A stretch of 64,000 nt of DNA from Eukaryota sp. GEM-RC1 (taxonomy: Eukaryota): NCBI GenBank assembly GCA_040285855.1, contig JAUFOQ010000002.1:1054001-1118000 (forward strand). The letters run 5' to 3'. Made by a program: the position numbers and the translations under genes. Shown piece after piece: positions 23,423 to 36,200 of this stretch (the stretch's first letter is position 1; each line of letters begins with the position of its first letter). The notes under the pieces are model-generated. The model did not search any database. It was not told the DNA's origin and saw only the letters and a list, made by a program, of their open reading frames with translations.

Positions 23423-26400
23423 CTACTCGGCCTTCTGCTCTTCTTCTGGAGCTGGACTTTCACTCTTAATAGAATTCTTCAACATTTTAAATGTTTCTAA
23501 ATCATCAGGTCTTTCAGGAGCTTCTTCTTCAGTGTCAACAGTGTTGTCTTCAACCTTGTTTTGAGATTCCATCTCTTCCTCAACTTGAGCAATCTGTTGA
23601 TTGACAAGAGTCTCATTACCAGATCTCATTGTATTCAACAAAGATCTACACTTCTGCTGAACACCAGCAGATTCAGAGGTTAACAACAACCTCTCAAGTG
23701 TTCCAGCAAACTTCTCACCAAGAAGAAGACGAGACAAAGCAGTAGGATCAATACCAACCACCTTAATTTGCAAGGTCAGAAGGATATCCTGATGCTTAGG
23801 AAGATCAAGAAGATTCTGAGCAACGGCCAAAGCACATGGTTCAGCAGTCTTCTTGTTCAAATAGGGTGCAATCAACGACAACAAGGTCAAAACACTCTTT
23901 AAGAGATCAGTTTGAGTTGAAGTAGTGATAAAGTCAGCCAGCATCTGAACTCTGATTAAATCCTTGGATACGACTGAGATTGAAGACTGAGAAGAAGTAA
24001 ATAGCTTATGTACAGCAGATAAAACTAACTTCAAGTCAGCCAGTGATTCTTCAACAACTGACTTATCAGCATTAGAAAGCTTCTTCTTGCTCTTCTCCAT
24101 GTGGAAAACACATTCCTCAACAAAGAAGTTACTGTTCTTCAAAGGATATTCCTCTTCCTTGACGTAATGGGCAAGATAAATTCCAGCAAGGCAAAGATGT
24201 TTAGCAAACTCTTCGTATTGGACTCTGTCGAAGGTAATCAAACCATGTGCGTCATCAGAGTAGAGCTCATCTAATAATGATTTCAAATATTGAGCTAATT
24301 GCGTTCTACACTCGTCATTCCAAATCAAAGTAGGTGTGATGTGATCGGAATTGTAAAAGGAATCAAAGTTTCCTGATTTACGTTCAGTGAGCCCAATAAC
24401 GATGGTATCAGGGACAATCTTGCCTAATTCAGACTTGATTTCATCCGCAATAGTTGGCTCTTTCATCAAAGAGTTAAGAATAGCGAGAGCTCTTGAATAA
24501 CAACTTGATGAATTAGCTCGTTGTCTAGGTCCGAAAATGATATAACTAGCAGCAAAAACAACAGAATTCTTAGTTAAATGAGTTGCAATAGTAATAGACT
24601 TAGACACAAACAAAGATACGCAAAGCAACGCAACTTCACACACTTCGTTGGAGTCTGAAACAGTAAGTCTAACAAGCTTCTTCCAGGTCTTATCCTCAAG
24701 GGATTCGAACTCAGAGAGAGCTGTGGAGTTTTCTACAAGGGAAGAGATTAACTTACAAACCTGTTCACAAAGGTCAGTACTGCCTAAAGCGAGGCAATCA
24801 AAATAGAGTGATAACGAGGTCTTTGATCGAACAGAATCAGGGATTTGAGACATCTTCTGATGCTTAACAAAGTTATTCAAGGTTCTAATCAAAAGAGATA
24901 GCTGTTTGATTTTAGATTCCTTAGCCATTTGAGATTCAGAGATTGTCTGGGTCATAGCCAACAATTCAGTACAGAACTCGCGAGGTTTAGGTAGAGCAAA
25001 GTCAGGCTCAGCATTGAACAAACGACAGAAGACTTCATCAATCTTAAGTTCATTAGAATGAGTTTCATAATCAATTTTCAAAGTAAACGGTTCGTCCTTC
25101 TCAATGTGAGCGATCTGCTTAGTCAAATGAGCTACTAGTTCCTTTCTAACAGCATCAGTCCATAAAACCAAGGGATTCTGAGTGTTATTCAAGAAGAGTT
25201 CTAAGAATCTACTTACAGGACTCTTGATGAGCATCTTGCTAAAAGTAGGGGTGAAGAGATCAGTAAAGGCTGTGGAACCAACGCTGCTCTTGGCAAATTC
25301 TAATATTCCTTGAGCTACTAATTCATTCATGACGTTCTCCTTGTTGCTGTTTAATAAGTAGATGACCATTCTAAAGAATAATCCAGATTCAATTAAAACT
25401 TGAGCAAGATCAGTGCATCCACATAGCTTCACACAGAGCTTGGTAATGTCCTTGAACAAATCGTTTTGGTTCTTATTAGCAATGATTGAGAAGATAGAGG
25501 ACAGAGACATAACCAAGGGCTTGAGAGCGGTGCTGTCTAATGATGACGTGGCAAGTACAAGAGATTCAGCAATGATGTTAGCGATAATGTTGATGTTGGT
25601 GGTTGCCAAGACATCAGAGTCAATCTTACCAACATAAAAGCTCATCAAATCACAAAGGGTGGCTACACCTCCGCTTGAAACAAATGAGTTGATGTTAAAG
25701 GAACAGTCAACGTTAGATTCAACAAAGTCAATACAAGTCATTGACTTTAGAGTCTCAAGCGCAGTTGAAACAAGGCCAGGGTAAGCCAAGGACTTTCCCT
25801 TGACTACAAGGAAGGAAGACACAAATGCTAATAGAGAAGGAGGAAGCTTGGAGAAGACTTCGTCCTTGTCAACCTTACCGTATTCTTCAACAATCATTTT
25901 GATTGTAACTAGTACCCAACAGGCAGAATCACTAACGAGCTGCACACCTGATTCAACAAGTGCAATGATTCCCTTGAATAGAGAGACGGGGTCTTCGATT
26001 CCACTTTCAGAAATCTTGAAGGATTCACCAGCATTCTTAACAAGATTACGGAGGAAGATGCCATCAACAATGATTTCATGAGCATAAGAAGGATATTTGA
26101 AGTCAGAAGGAGGGTTGTAATCAGAACATCCTCCCTGTTTGAAGGTCCAATTGGAAACACGTTTCTTTAGGTAATCAGACAAGTGCTGACGAGTGGTGTC
26201 ATTCCAGACTAAGAGGTGAGTATCAGATTCAGAGAAGAACTTGGTCTTATACTTCTCAACTGCTTCCTCGATCTCCGTTTGTTTCTCGGCTTTGCTAATG
26301 GGAGCAAGAGCAACGATAAGAGCTTTGGGAAGGAAAACACTCAGCATCTCTTCAACCAAGTACGAAGTCTTGGATAAAATGACTGCAGAATCCAAAAAGA

Positions 26401-29400
26401 AATCTTCAGAAGCACATAAATGATACAGACATGACTCAGTGAATCCTGAAGAGTTGAACGCACTGGAAGTACCAGCACTAGTAGCAACAATGTTGGTTAA
26501 AATGCTGTATCCGTGAGACACCAATACTTGCTGCTCTTCATTCAACAATGAAACAATCCTGGGTAGGTTATTTGTAGAAACTAATGATCTAAAGGCAGGA
26601 GAAGGAGGATAAACAACGACCTTCTGGGACTGGTTGGACAAAGAAGAAGCTGAGAGGAAGACAATCATCTCAATTAACTTTGACATGTTTGAGTTATCAG
26701 CCTTTGAAGCCTCTTTCAAAGCAGTCTCTAGAATGATGCTGATTCCGTCAACAGAAACAGTAACAGAGGAGATGTTTGAAGGGATTTGAACGGCAATTGA
26801 AAAGAAACTGATCAACTCGTCCAGGAAGTGGCCTTCAGCGTCTAAAAGATAGGGAATTAAGTGCTTAATCTGAGGGAAGCTAGGGATGAACTGAACTTCC
26901 TTTTCACCAGTAATAGATTTGATAATTACCTTTGAAAGAATGGTCATTGCTGAGAGAATTACTGAACAAGAAGGGGAATCCCTCTGAATTAAACACAGTT
27001 CATGGAATGAATCAGTAAGGAGCTTCTGTACGTACTCTAATGGAATTTGGATCTCGGGGTTAGTAATAGCGGCAAGATAAAAGCCAGATACATGAACGTG
27101 GTTCTGAAGAGACTTCAACTCGACTGCGTAGTCTTGAGAGTTCCAGACAAACTGACAATTCTTGATGCTAGTAGCTGCCTTGTAGAAAGACTCGACTTCA
27201 TCATCTAAATGATGAACAAGATCACCTTTAACCTCTGCGTTGACAATAAAAGTGGGATGTAAACTGGGCTTTTGAATGGCATTTGACAAGGAAATAAAGT
27301 TCAATCCAACAGGCGCAGGCTTGCTGTAAACAAGTTCAAACAAGAGATTGGCACTTGGAGGGAAACTAGCCTTGGGTAGCATTGTAGCAATCCAACCAAC
27401 TGGAAGAGCCTTTAGAAGAATACCAAAGGTAGTAGTGTCTCCAGCAGTAAGTACCTGTAACAACTCAACAAACGGCATGCAAAGATTTCCAGCAGAAGAG
27501 AATCTAACAAAACATGATAAAACTGACAAGTATCCAACAGATAAAGTACAGTACTGTTTGACTGACTCATAAGTCTGTTTGGTGGAGGCTAGATAGTGGA
27601 GCATCTTAGCCACAGACAATGTTAAAGCAGGGGAAGGACTGGTTAAGAGGTTGAACAGGTAGGGGATGCACGTTTCCAAAATTGAATCAACTAATTGGAT
27701 CGAACTCTTCTCATGATCCTTCTTTCCTGAAAGATTGATTCTGATACTGAGCAAAATGTCAATAAAGAGAGAAGTGAACATTGGGGAAGCTTTGGAACTT
27801 CCAGAAACAACGTCATGAAACATGTGCAGGAAATCCTGACTCACCATCATAAACCCAATCTTTTTGACCAAATCATTCTTCTTTTCAAAAACAAACAAGT
27901 TTTTAGCAATGAAGTCCGCCATAGTGATTCGAAGAACTTCGCTCTCAGTGAATAAATGTCGTACAACTGAGACTACATGTCCAGCAACAAAGTCTTTTTG
28001 AATAAGTTCAGGAGTGCTGAGCACGCTCAACACTCTAATTGACTTACTAATGACTGACTCATACTGTTTGGAATCGAGTTTAATCAAAGGAACAAGTGAA
28101 ACAACCCAATCAATCAAATCAATGAATTTAGGAAAGATTCCCTTCATAGGCTTGGCTTTACGAATGGTCCTAAGGTAGAATCCATCAAGAGTTGAGAGTG
28201 ATTGGTCGACCCTCTGGAAAAAGGCTAGTACTTCCTCAGAGTTAGACTTTTGATCATCAAGAACTACAAGGTTATCCACAAGATTGAGGAAGGGTTTCAA
28301 GTATGCATCTTCAAAGAGCTTTGCAAACTCTACAGGCACAGTAGTCATCTCTAAGCAATCAGAGTCCATGGGTTGAGGAAGCGTGGTAATCCTGGTACTC
28401 TTTGTCCAAGGTCCTGAAGTAAACAGAGAGTTTCCTAAGGGATGAACAGAGAGAAGTGCTGAGAGCATTAAGAGGGAAGAGTCTTTGGAGAGAAGGAGGG
28501 AGACACAGACATCACAAGAACGTTGAAGGGATAGGACGGAGTATTCTTGGTTGTTGATGGTAAAAAAAGTTACACGTGGCAGATACAATGGTAGAGAAAG
28601 GGATGGACATAACAACTTCAGAAGGAGTAATGTCAGCAGCAAATGAGAGAGGGTTAGCGATGACAGAGGGGGTGAGGTCAGGAGAGGACTTGATTTGAAC
28701 TACATGGGTTGTAGTGATGATCCAAGCATAATGAGTACTGGGGAGAGAAGAGGGAGGGGAGGAGAAGGAGTGAGAAGTGGACTGGTGCCCGACTGCTGCA
28801 GCAATGGTGGTATCTGCAACAAAGATGGGGTAAAGAGCAGGAGCCTTGAGTTCTTCTTCAGAGGTTGCTTGGGCTAGAGAAAGGCCTAATAAAGTGCTTG
28901 CAGCTTCGTTGAGAGAGGAAATAATGGAATCTCGGTCGTCTGAGGCAAATACGAATGAGAATCCGGAAGCAAAAGAAAGAAGTGCAACGTGGCTGTCCTC
29001 AGAGGATGATGTCACAGTTTTCAAGAAAGATAGGGGAAGGGGATGTGTGTCCCCACTGACGGTTAGGGTGAGAAGAGCTCCTTCAAGAGAGAGGGTGGCT
29101 TCAGAAGATTCGACTTCAACAGTCCACTCTTTTTTCTCAGCAGAATGGATACGTTGTAGGGCTTGCTGGAGGTCAAAAAGCAGATGTGGTCTATCAGTAT
29201 CCAAAACAACTGAGTGTTCTTCAGGCTTGCGTTGATTCTGAATATGCAGTTGGAACACCGTGGATTGATTATCAGATGGACTGGGGGTTATTTTTGTTAT
29301 CTGGTCGAGTTTGACAGTGGCTTGAGGGACATCTCCTTCGTCAACAAAATCAATTTGAGCTTCCCGTAAAACCAAAATACGTTTGGTCTTCTTCTTGTAC

Positions 29401-29426
29401 TTAATGGCGCATCGAGAGAGAACCAT
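23423..29426 (-). CDS. RME-8/DNAJC13-like endosomal protein lacking a J-domain
   Basis: PH-like N-terminus ('KYKKKTKRILVL'). Four IWN-type repeats (FVWN, LVWN, VLWT, LIWN), each followed by 'Y...E..V.G++LR'-like motifs, with ARM-like helices between. One frameshift at about 28565. Confidence 0.8.
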
Positions 29427-29509
29427 TTGTAAGGTGAGTTTTGTTCAGTTGCAAACAAATTTCTTCCCCTACTTAAAATCAGTCTCAGAACTTTTCTCTT
29501 TGTATCCTT

Positions 29510-30505
29510 ATGACTGAATTTACTCGAGGACGTGGTGGACGTGGCGGCAGAGGCGGTGGCGATAGAGGCGGCCGTGGTGGCTTCCGTGGCGGCCGTGGTG
29601 GTGACAGAGGCGGTCGTGGTGGTTTCCGTGGTGGTGACAGAGGCGGTCGCGGAGGTTTCCGTGGTGGTGACAGAGGCGGCCGTGGTGGTTTCCGTGGAGG
29701 CAGAGGCGGTGGCGATAGAGGCGGTCGCGGAGGTTTCCGTGGAGGCCGTGGTGGTGACAGAGGTGGACGTCCCGGTATTGGTGCTGGAAGTAGAGTCCAT
29801 ATTGAACCTCATCGTCATGAAGGAGTCTTTGTTATTAAGTCAACTGGCCGTGAAGAAGATGCTCTATCCACTCGTAATTTCGTTCCTGGAGTCTCCGTCT
29901 ATGGTGAAAAACGCGTTTCTGTTGAACAAGACACAGAGAAGATCGAATACCGTGTCTGGAATCCTTTCCGTTCAAAGCTTGCTGCTGCTATTCTTGGTGG
30001 TGTTGATGACATCTACATTAAACCTGGTTCTAAGGTTCTCTACCTTGGTGCCGCAAATGGTACCACTGTCTCTCATTGCGCTGATATAGTTGGCACTGAA
30101 GGCCTAATTTATGCCGTTGAATTTTCCCACAGGTCTGGCCGTGATCTGATAGGTGTTGCTCAACAAAGGACTAATATTGTCCCAATCATAGAAGACGCCA
30201 GACATCCTCACAAATACAGAATGTTGGTTCCCATGGTTGACGCCATTTTTGCTGATGTTGCCCAACCTGATCAAGCCAGAATTGTAGCCATAAATGCCCA
30301 CCATTTCCTAAAGCATGGAGGTCATCTCATTATGTCAATTAAGGCTAATTGTATCGATTCAACAGTTGCTGCTGAAGTTGTCTTTGCCCGGGAAGTTTCC
30401 AAGTTGGTTGAGGAAAACTTCAAACCCATTGAACAGATACCGTTAGAACCTTATGAAAGAGACCATTGTGTCGTTATTGCATCATATAGGACGAAGAAAA
30501 AGTAG
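29510..30505 (+). CDS. FBL: fibrillarin rRNA 2'-O-methyltransferase
   Basis: GAR (RGG) N-terminus, '[19 protein letters not shown]', '[14 protein letters not shown]' and 'LEPYERDH'. Confidence 0.99.
   Translation: MTEFTRGRGGRGGRGGGDRGGRGGFRGGRGGDRGGRGGFRGGDRGGRGGFRGGDRGGRGGFRGGRGGGDRGGRGGFRGGRGGDRGGRPGIGAGSRVHIEPHRHEGVFVIKSTGREEDALSTRNFVPGVSVYGEKRVSVEQDTEKIEYRVWNPFRSKLAAAILGGVDDIYIKPGSKVLYLGAANGTTVSHCADIVGTEGLIYAVEFSHRSGRDLIGVAQQRTNIVPIIEDARHPHKYRMLVPMVDAIFADVAQPDQARIVAINAHHFLKHGGHLIMSIKANCIDSTVAAEVVFAREVSKLVEENFKPIEQIPLEPYERDHCVVIASYRTKKK
29525..29770 (+). repeat. coding RGG/GAR tandem repeats of fibrillarin
   Basis: Repeated [11 protein letters not shown] units. Confidence 0.9.
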
Positions 30506-30813
30506 TTTATCTAGTCGTTTAACCTTTAGCCATTTAGTTTTTACCCTCTCACTTTATATAAATTAACCATATTGACAAGTATTGTTTGTCCATGATCATA
30601 ATCGACCACACTGTGGGTATATTTCTGAACTAAGGGACGTACATGATGATTGGTTTTCTTTTTAGCAATTCACTCGTGTTGCACAAGTCCACGACTGACT
30701 GATTCGTGTTCTTCAAACACTTAGAAACATTCTTTTGATTGCTGTGAGTAAATCAACAAAGATTGGAAGGGTAAAAGAACACGTCATTCCTTGACTTCTG
30801 TTCCTTTTGTTGA

Positions 30814-31147
30814 GATGCGTCTCCTGCTTTTTGTTCTCCTCTGTTTCGTGTTAGCCAACTGCACCATCTATCAGATACAGGTCCATAATAGATCGACTGC
30901 CACAATGCGTCGTAAGTTGTACAGTACTTCCGGTCGTTACGAATCCTTCCCACTTGATACCCTTTACCCTATGATGTGGACTTCTATGGCTGTCAGTGGT
31001 GCTGATTCACTTTCTAGACTCGTCTACTATGGTAATCGTGAAGCTGCTACTGTTAGATTTGGAAAGGATGGTTGTAGTTGTGAAGGTTGTGGATGCCGTG
31101 TCGACACTGTTTCCTCTACTTCTTGGAAAATCTATTTCTCGTGTTAA
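30814..31147 (+). CDS. small secreted Cys-containing protein
   Basis: Signal peptide 'MRLLLFVLLCFVLANC', about 110 aa, with a CSCEGCGC motif. Confidence 0.65.
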
Positions 31148-31539
31148 AGTTAGTTGATTGTAAATAGTGTCTACATTGTTTGATTTTATAAAACCATTGT
31201 GTTCGACTATGATGGACAATTTGCTGTTTATCTTCTTTAGAGAGTCATGTGCTTCACCAGAATAAGTTTGAACAATAGAAAGAAATGGATTAGCGATAAC
31301 TCGTGCTTACAATCTTGGTTTCACTTCTGTTTATTACACGACTACTGCTAATTAAAGACCTGCAGTCATTTCCACTGGTCCTAAGAAGATGAAATCGTTG
31401 ATGGAGATGGAGTTTAGAGTCTCAAAACTAAAAACTATTTGTTCGCAACAAATTGTTGCATTTCTTTTGTAGTTTAAAATTTAGATAGGTTTTGTTTTGA
31501 TATCTTTCATTAATTTAAGTGTATTAACTATAGAATCTA

Positions 31540-31639
31540 CATATTGCAATATTGGCAATATACTGGAGCCAACACTGTATTGATTGGTGAGCTGTTTTGC
31601 AATACCAATATATTGCCAATCCAGTATTTCCTATCCCTG
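31540..31639 (-). mobile_element. solo end of a hAT-like element, family G (TIR CAGGGATAGGAAATA)
   Basis: 31601-31639 is nearly identical to 57303-57341. It carries CCAATA/GCAATA subterminal motifs. Confidence 0.6.
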
Positions 31640-32449
31640 TCAATGATGCTGTGAGGATCTTCTGAAACGTCATCATACATAATTTTAGCCAGTGTCATCT
31701 GTTTCACAGCATTTAGACCGAAATTGATGGATGATAATTGCGTGTTACGTGTCAGCCAAAATTTCTAACGCGTGTTACGTATTAGTCTCTGTTAACAGTT
31801 TTAGTTCCTTGGCATTAACTGTGTCAGAGTTCTTGACTCGTACACGATCTGATATCTTTGATTTGTGTTAAATTGAGCGAATGTAAGCCAATGTCATGTA
31901 GGAAATCAAAATTCGTTCGGTACCATTCAAAAGCGCAAAAAGTCAAAACATTGGAGCCATATAATAATTCTTGCACTTAACGAAAATTTATGCATTCAAA
32001 ATATAATGATTTGCAATTTCAATATTTGGTAATATTGTCCAGCAGGTTTAAAATTGCTCAGTGAACTTAATATTTGATGTCGTTCTACGGATCGGTCTTT
32101 AATGGTTCTGTAATCCAAACAGTACTTCTGTTTTGATTAATCGAATTGTGTTTGGGCTGTACAGAAGCAACCCTAAGTATCTAAGTTCCATTGATTCCAA
32201 GTTGTATAACGTTAGAGACAGTTCTCGTGTTGAGGTGGAAAATTTAACTTCTGATATTTTTTGAATTTTGATGTATAACAAATGAAACAAATAGTTTATA
32301 GATGAAGTGGACAAAAATACATATCAAAATAAAAGCTATGAAACACTAGAGTCTAGTGACTAGACACAGAAACTTGCTGGTCACCACTACCATATTTTCT
32401 TTACATCTTCGTGATAATTGATTTATTAAAATTAGGCACTGAACGGTAC

Positions 32450-32885
32450 AGATGAAAATTCAAACGGTTATGCCAAATTGATATGGTAAATCTCTTATTC
32501 TGAGACTTACACATAGATCTAAAATCAGGTAAAAATTGAGAAGCCATTCCACCAATACTACCGAAAATAGAAATAGCAAATGAAACAAATATTAATTTTG
32601 AATATTAATTTTGATGGAGTTTAGCAACACCTTTAGAATACAAATCAATTTCCATGTGGGTTAAACCTTTAGAGGTGACGCTGTTAACAGACATTGTGTT
32701 CTTGTTGTGTGTTTTTCTCTACACATAAGTCCACTTTTTTATTACCACTATTCTTATTTCTATTTTTGGTAATACTGGTGAACTGGCTTCTCAGTTTTTA
32801 ATTTGTTTTGGGCACATGTGTAAGTTTCAGAATAAGAGATTCATCCTACCAATTTGGCAAAACCGTTTGTAGTTCTTGGTTCTGT
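32450..32885. repeat. foldback / long-TIR MITE-like element with imperfect inverted arms of about 120-130 bp
   Basis: 32461-32575 is the reverse complement of 32756-32869 (e.g. CAAACGGTTATGCCAAATTG vs CAATTTGGCAAAACCGTTTG). A related partial copy lies at about 3760-3870. Confidence 0.75.
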
Positions 32886-33276
32886 TCTTACATCAATTGT
32901 CTCTCAGTCGTGAGAGGGGTTCGGAACTATTGATCAACAATTTTGTGTGTCTGATGTGTCGTTGCGATTATTTTCATTTTGATTTTTGTGATTCTGTTCT
33001 GAATACATCGTATTTTTCGTTTTAATCACTATTTACTATCTTTAAATAAAGAACGTGTTTATTCTAAATGGCATGTGCTATGAATTTGATTCAGTCGATT
33101 AACGGACCTCTTCTGATACACGTATCGTAAGTACGTACGACACGATATGACATGACCAAAATAGCCCGTAAGTGATACATTTCTAAGACATTTGCTTGCT
33201 CAGATGATTCGGTTTTAATCAAATTCTTCTATAATATTCAGTTCATAACCTTCGTCTCTGAACAAAGACAAGACTC

Positions 33277-36200
33277 ATGTCTGTACATGGGCCTCTTCAG
33301 CCCATTTTTGCTGTGTCTGAGTTTATCTCCAATAATCCTTTCCGACTGAACAAGCTTCACTCTCTTTCTTTTCTATTTGAGTTTCTACAAGTTTTCTTCT
33401 TCGCTTTAGTCCCACATGAAGTTCTACTCTCATTCTACAAGGATGCATCACCTTACACAATTCCTTTCCTCCGTCATCTCCGTTGGCCTTTGCTAACTGA
33501 TCTTTGGGCTGAAAGACATGAATTTGCAACCTTTCTCACCTTCTTCTTTGCTATCATCATTGGTATCACCAGTTATCTTTCATTAGTACTCGGCCAATCC
33601 TTATCCCCATTCACTAAACACTCCTTGCTAACCCGATCCTTACAGTTCTGCTCCTGGCTATTCGCTAGACCTCTTCTTGTTCCCTTATCTCTGCTCTTCC
33701 TCTCCCACATAATATCCTATGAAGGAGTTAGAGTGTTTTACCCTGCCACTCCCTTCTCTTTTTCTCCTACAGTCATGGTTGCCGCCTTTGCTTTCTGCGT
33801 CTTAATCGTCTTTGCCTTCTTCTACAACACCCTTGTGTTCCACGATGATCTCATGTCTAAGAAGTGGTGGGCTTTGACTTCCTCTTATCCCTTAACTTTC
33901 TTCTTTTGGACTAAAGTTCTCGTCATCATCATGTTCACACTCATGTACGGACGATATCGCCACGAGGCTCGTCTACTGCTATCTGCTCTGACACTGTACG
34001 CCTCTGTTAAGTGTTGGCTCCGTCTCTACTTCTTCTACTTCGTCCCCAATGCCATCTTCGTGTCCTGCTTCTTCTCACTCTTCCTCTGTTCAGTTCTAGG
34101 AATAGTACATGGCTTGACTCTAGGCTGGTCCTTCTCAACGTACTTGCCCTTAATTGGATTAGGACTTGGGGTTTTCTTGTCAATTGTTATTTCTATTTTC
34201 TTGTATCGTAAGTTCCGGTACTATGTCCCTAAATCTATTCCAGTTGAGTTTCTGACTGACCAATCAGACTCTCTTGGTGATAAGAAACCCTTGAGAATCA
34301 TTACTGAAGCTGCAGTTGAAGAAGAAGAGGTGGAAAGTGCTGATTTCGACTCCCCATTCGAAATAGAGCTCAAATCACGTTTCCTTTTCTATCGTCCATG
34401 GAGGTTTTGGCGTGACATGTACGATTCTATTACTGATGCTCGGGCAAGTGCTCTAGATGTTACAGAAGCTGTTTTTGAATATGGTTGTGACCTCTTTGGA
34501 GCAGTACCCGATGTTATTCTTAACTACTGTAGGTTTGTTCTCTACAGACGCCTTGATACAAAGTACGTTCTCCTTCAGATCCACGCTATTGCCAATAATT
34601 CGTCCATTCAACAGACTTTCTTCAATAGATATGTCTTGTTCTGCCTTCACACTCGATCTAGACGACTTAATGCCACAGCTGAGCTTGAAGAACAAACTGA
34701 TGACGGTCACCACGCATCAATCCAGTCTTTAGACTCCATTGGATCTGCTGGTAGTTCGCTGGCTTCATTTAACTCTACTGGAGGAAGCTCTTCCACTAGA
34801 GCACATAGATTTCACTTGCTTGCACTACGATCTCTCACGTTGTTTTGGCTATCAATCATGCCAAAATCATTTGCTATATCAAAGATCTCTTCATATACTT
34901 ATGATGCAATCACAGCTAGAAGATCAGCCCTTAGACTTTACGGCAAAATCATTTCAACAGATGCTCGAGTAATCTCTGGAGCGGAGGGTTTATCCCAAGA
35001 CGTAACCCACACTTTGAAACTTTATGCCGCCTTTTTATCTGATGTTTGTCATGAAGATCATTTAGGAGAGCAAGCATATACCCTTGCAGAGCTTGATAAT
35101 AGAGAAGCCGAGTTAGATGAGTCTGATGATGACAAAGGAGTTAAGTTTGCCAAAGGTACTAAGCATAATATCGCTGATGTGTCTACAGTGATTGGTGAGA
35201 TTGTGATGGGAAGTGAACAGTTGGAATCAAAGAAGAATCAGAGTGTCGTTGCTTTGTATAAAGCAGTGTCTGATACAATCAATTCTCATTGGTATTCCAG
35301 TAGTGACGTGCTTTTCCGAAGACATCCCATGACTATTCCAGATGCTTTTGAGCTAAGAAACAAAGATCGCCGATTCAAGCTTCTACCTAAACCTAAAAGT
35401 CATTTCATTACTGCTTTTGTCTTACTATCCATTGGTTTGGTACTGGGATTCGTTGCATTGTGGGTGTTGCAGGAAAACAATTCGACTGGATTTGAAAATG
35501 ATGAATATTTTAATAGAATTGGGAGAAATCACAATGGAGCAATGATTCCTGTTGCAGCTGGAAATATTTTACATTCATTGGAATCAAATGACAAAACCAA
35601 TGTCATGAAGGCAGTCACTGATTTGGAAGTTGCCTTTTCTGGTCTTATTCTTAATCACGGGAAAGTGATGACGTCATTGAGACCTGTTAAACCCCTTCTA
35701 ATCACTCTACTAGTCTCCAGAAACGACATCATTGAGCAAATTGGACCTAGATTCCGTACAGAATCTGAATTAGACATTGTTGCTGACGTTTCTGCCTCTA
35801 TTCTATTAGTTTCCTCTCGAATTAGAAACCATTACGATGTAGAAAGCGATGTTCTCGAAAGCAGTGTAGTAGAAGTATTTAGTTCTTCATATCCAGAAGA
35901 ATATGCTACCGTCCTAAACTCAGAAGAGTCTGATGACGCCAACTTCATGAGACAAATCAAAGTACAGCTGACTGACATCATTCAAAAAGGGCAATTATTA
36001 ACTGACTCAATGAGTTACCTTCTAAAACAGGAAGGTGAAGCTATTTCTTGGTACTACTCGATGTTCCGCATTGCCACTGTTGTTCTATCTGTCTTCCCGT
36101 TCACCCTTGGTGTTCTTTTGTTGATTTATGGAGTTTTATCATCTTATAATAGCGTTCACTATGCTAGAAACGAAATCTTCCACGTGCTCTCCAACGAAAT

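Noticed and set aside
29297..30089. Thr/Ala-rich minus-strand ORF and Val-rich alternative-frame ORF
   Set aside because: These are shadow frames of the fibrillarin RGG repeats.
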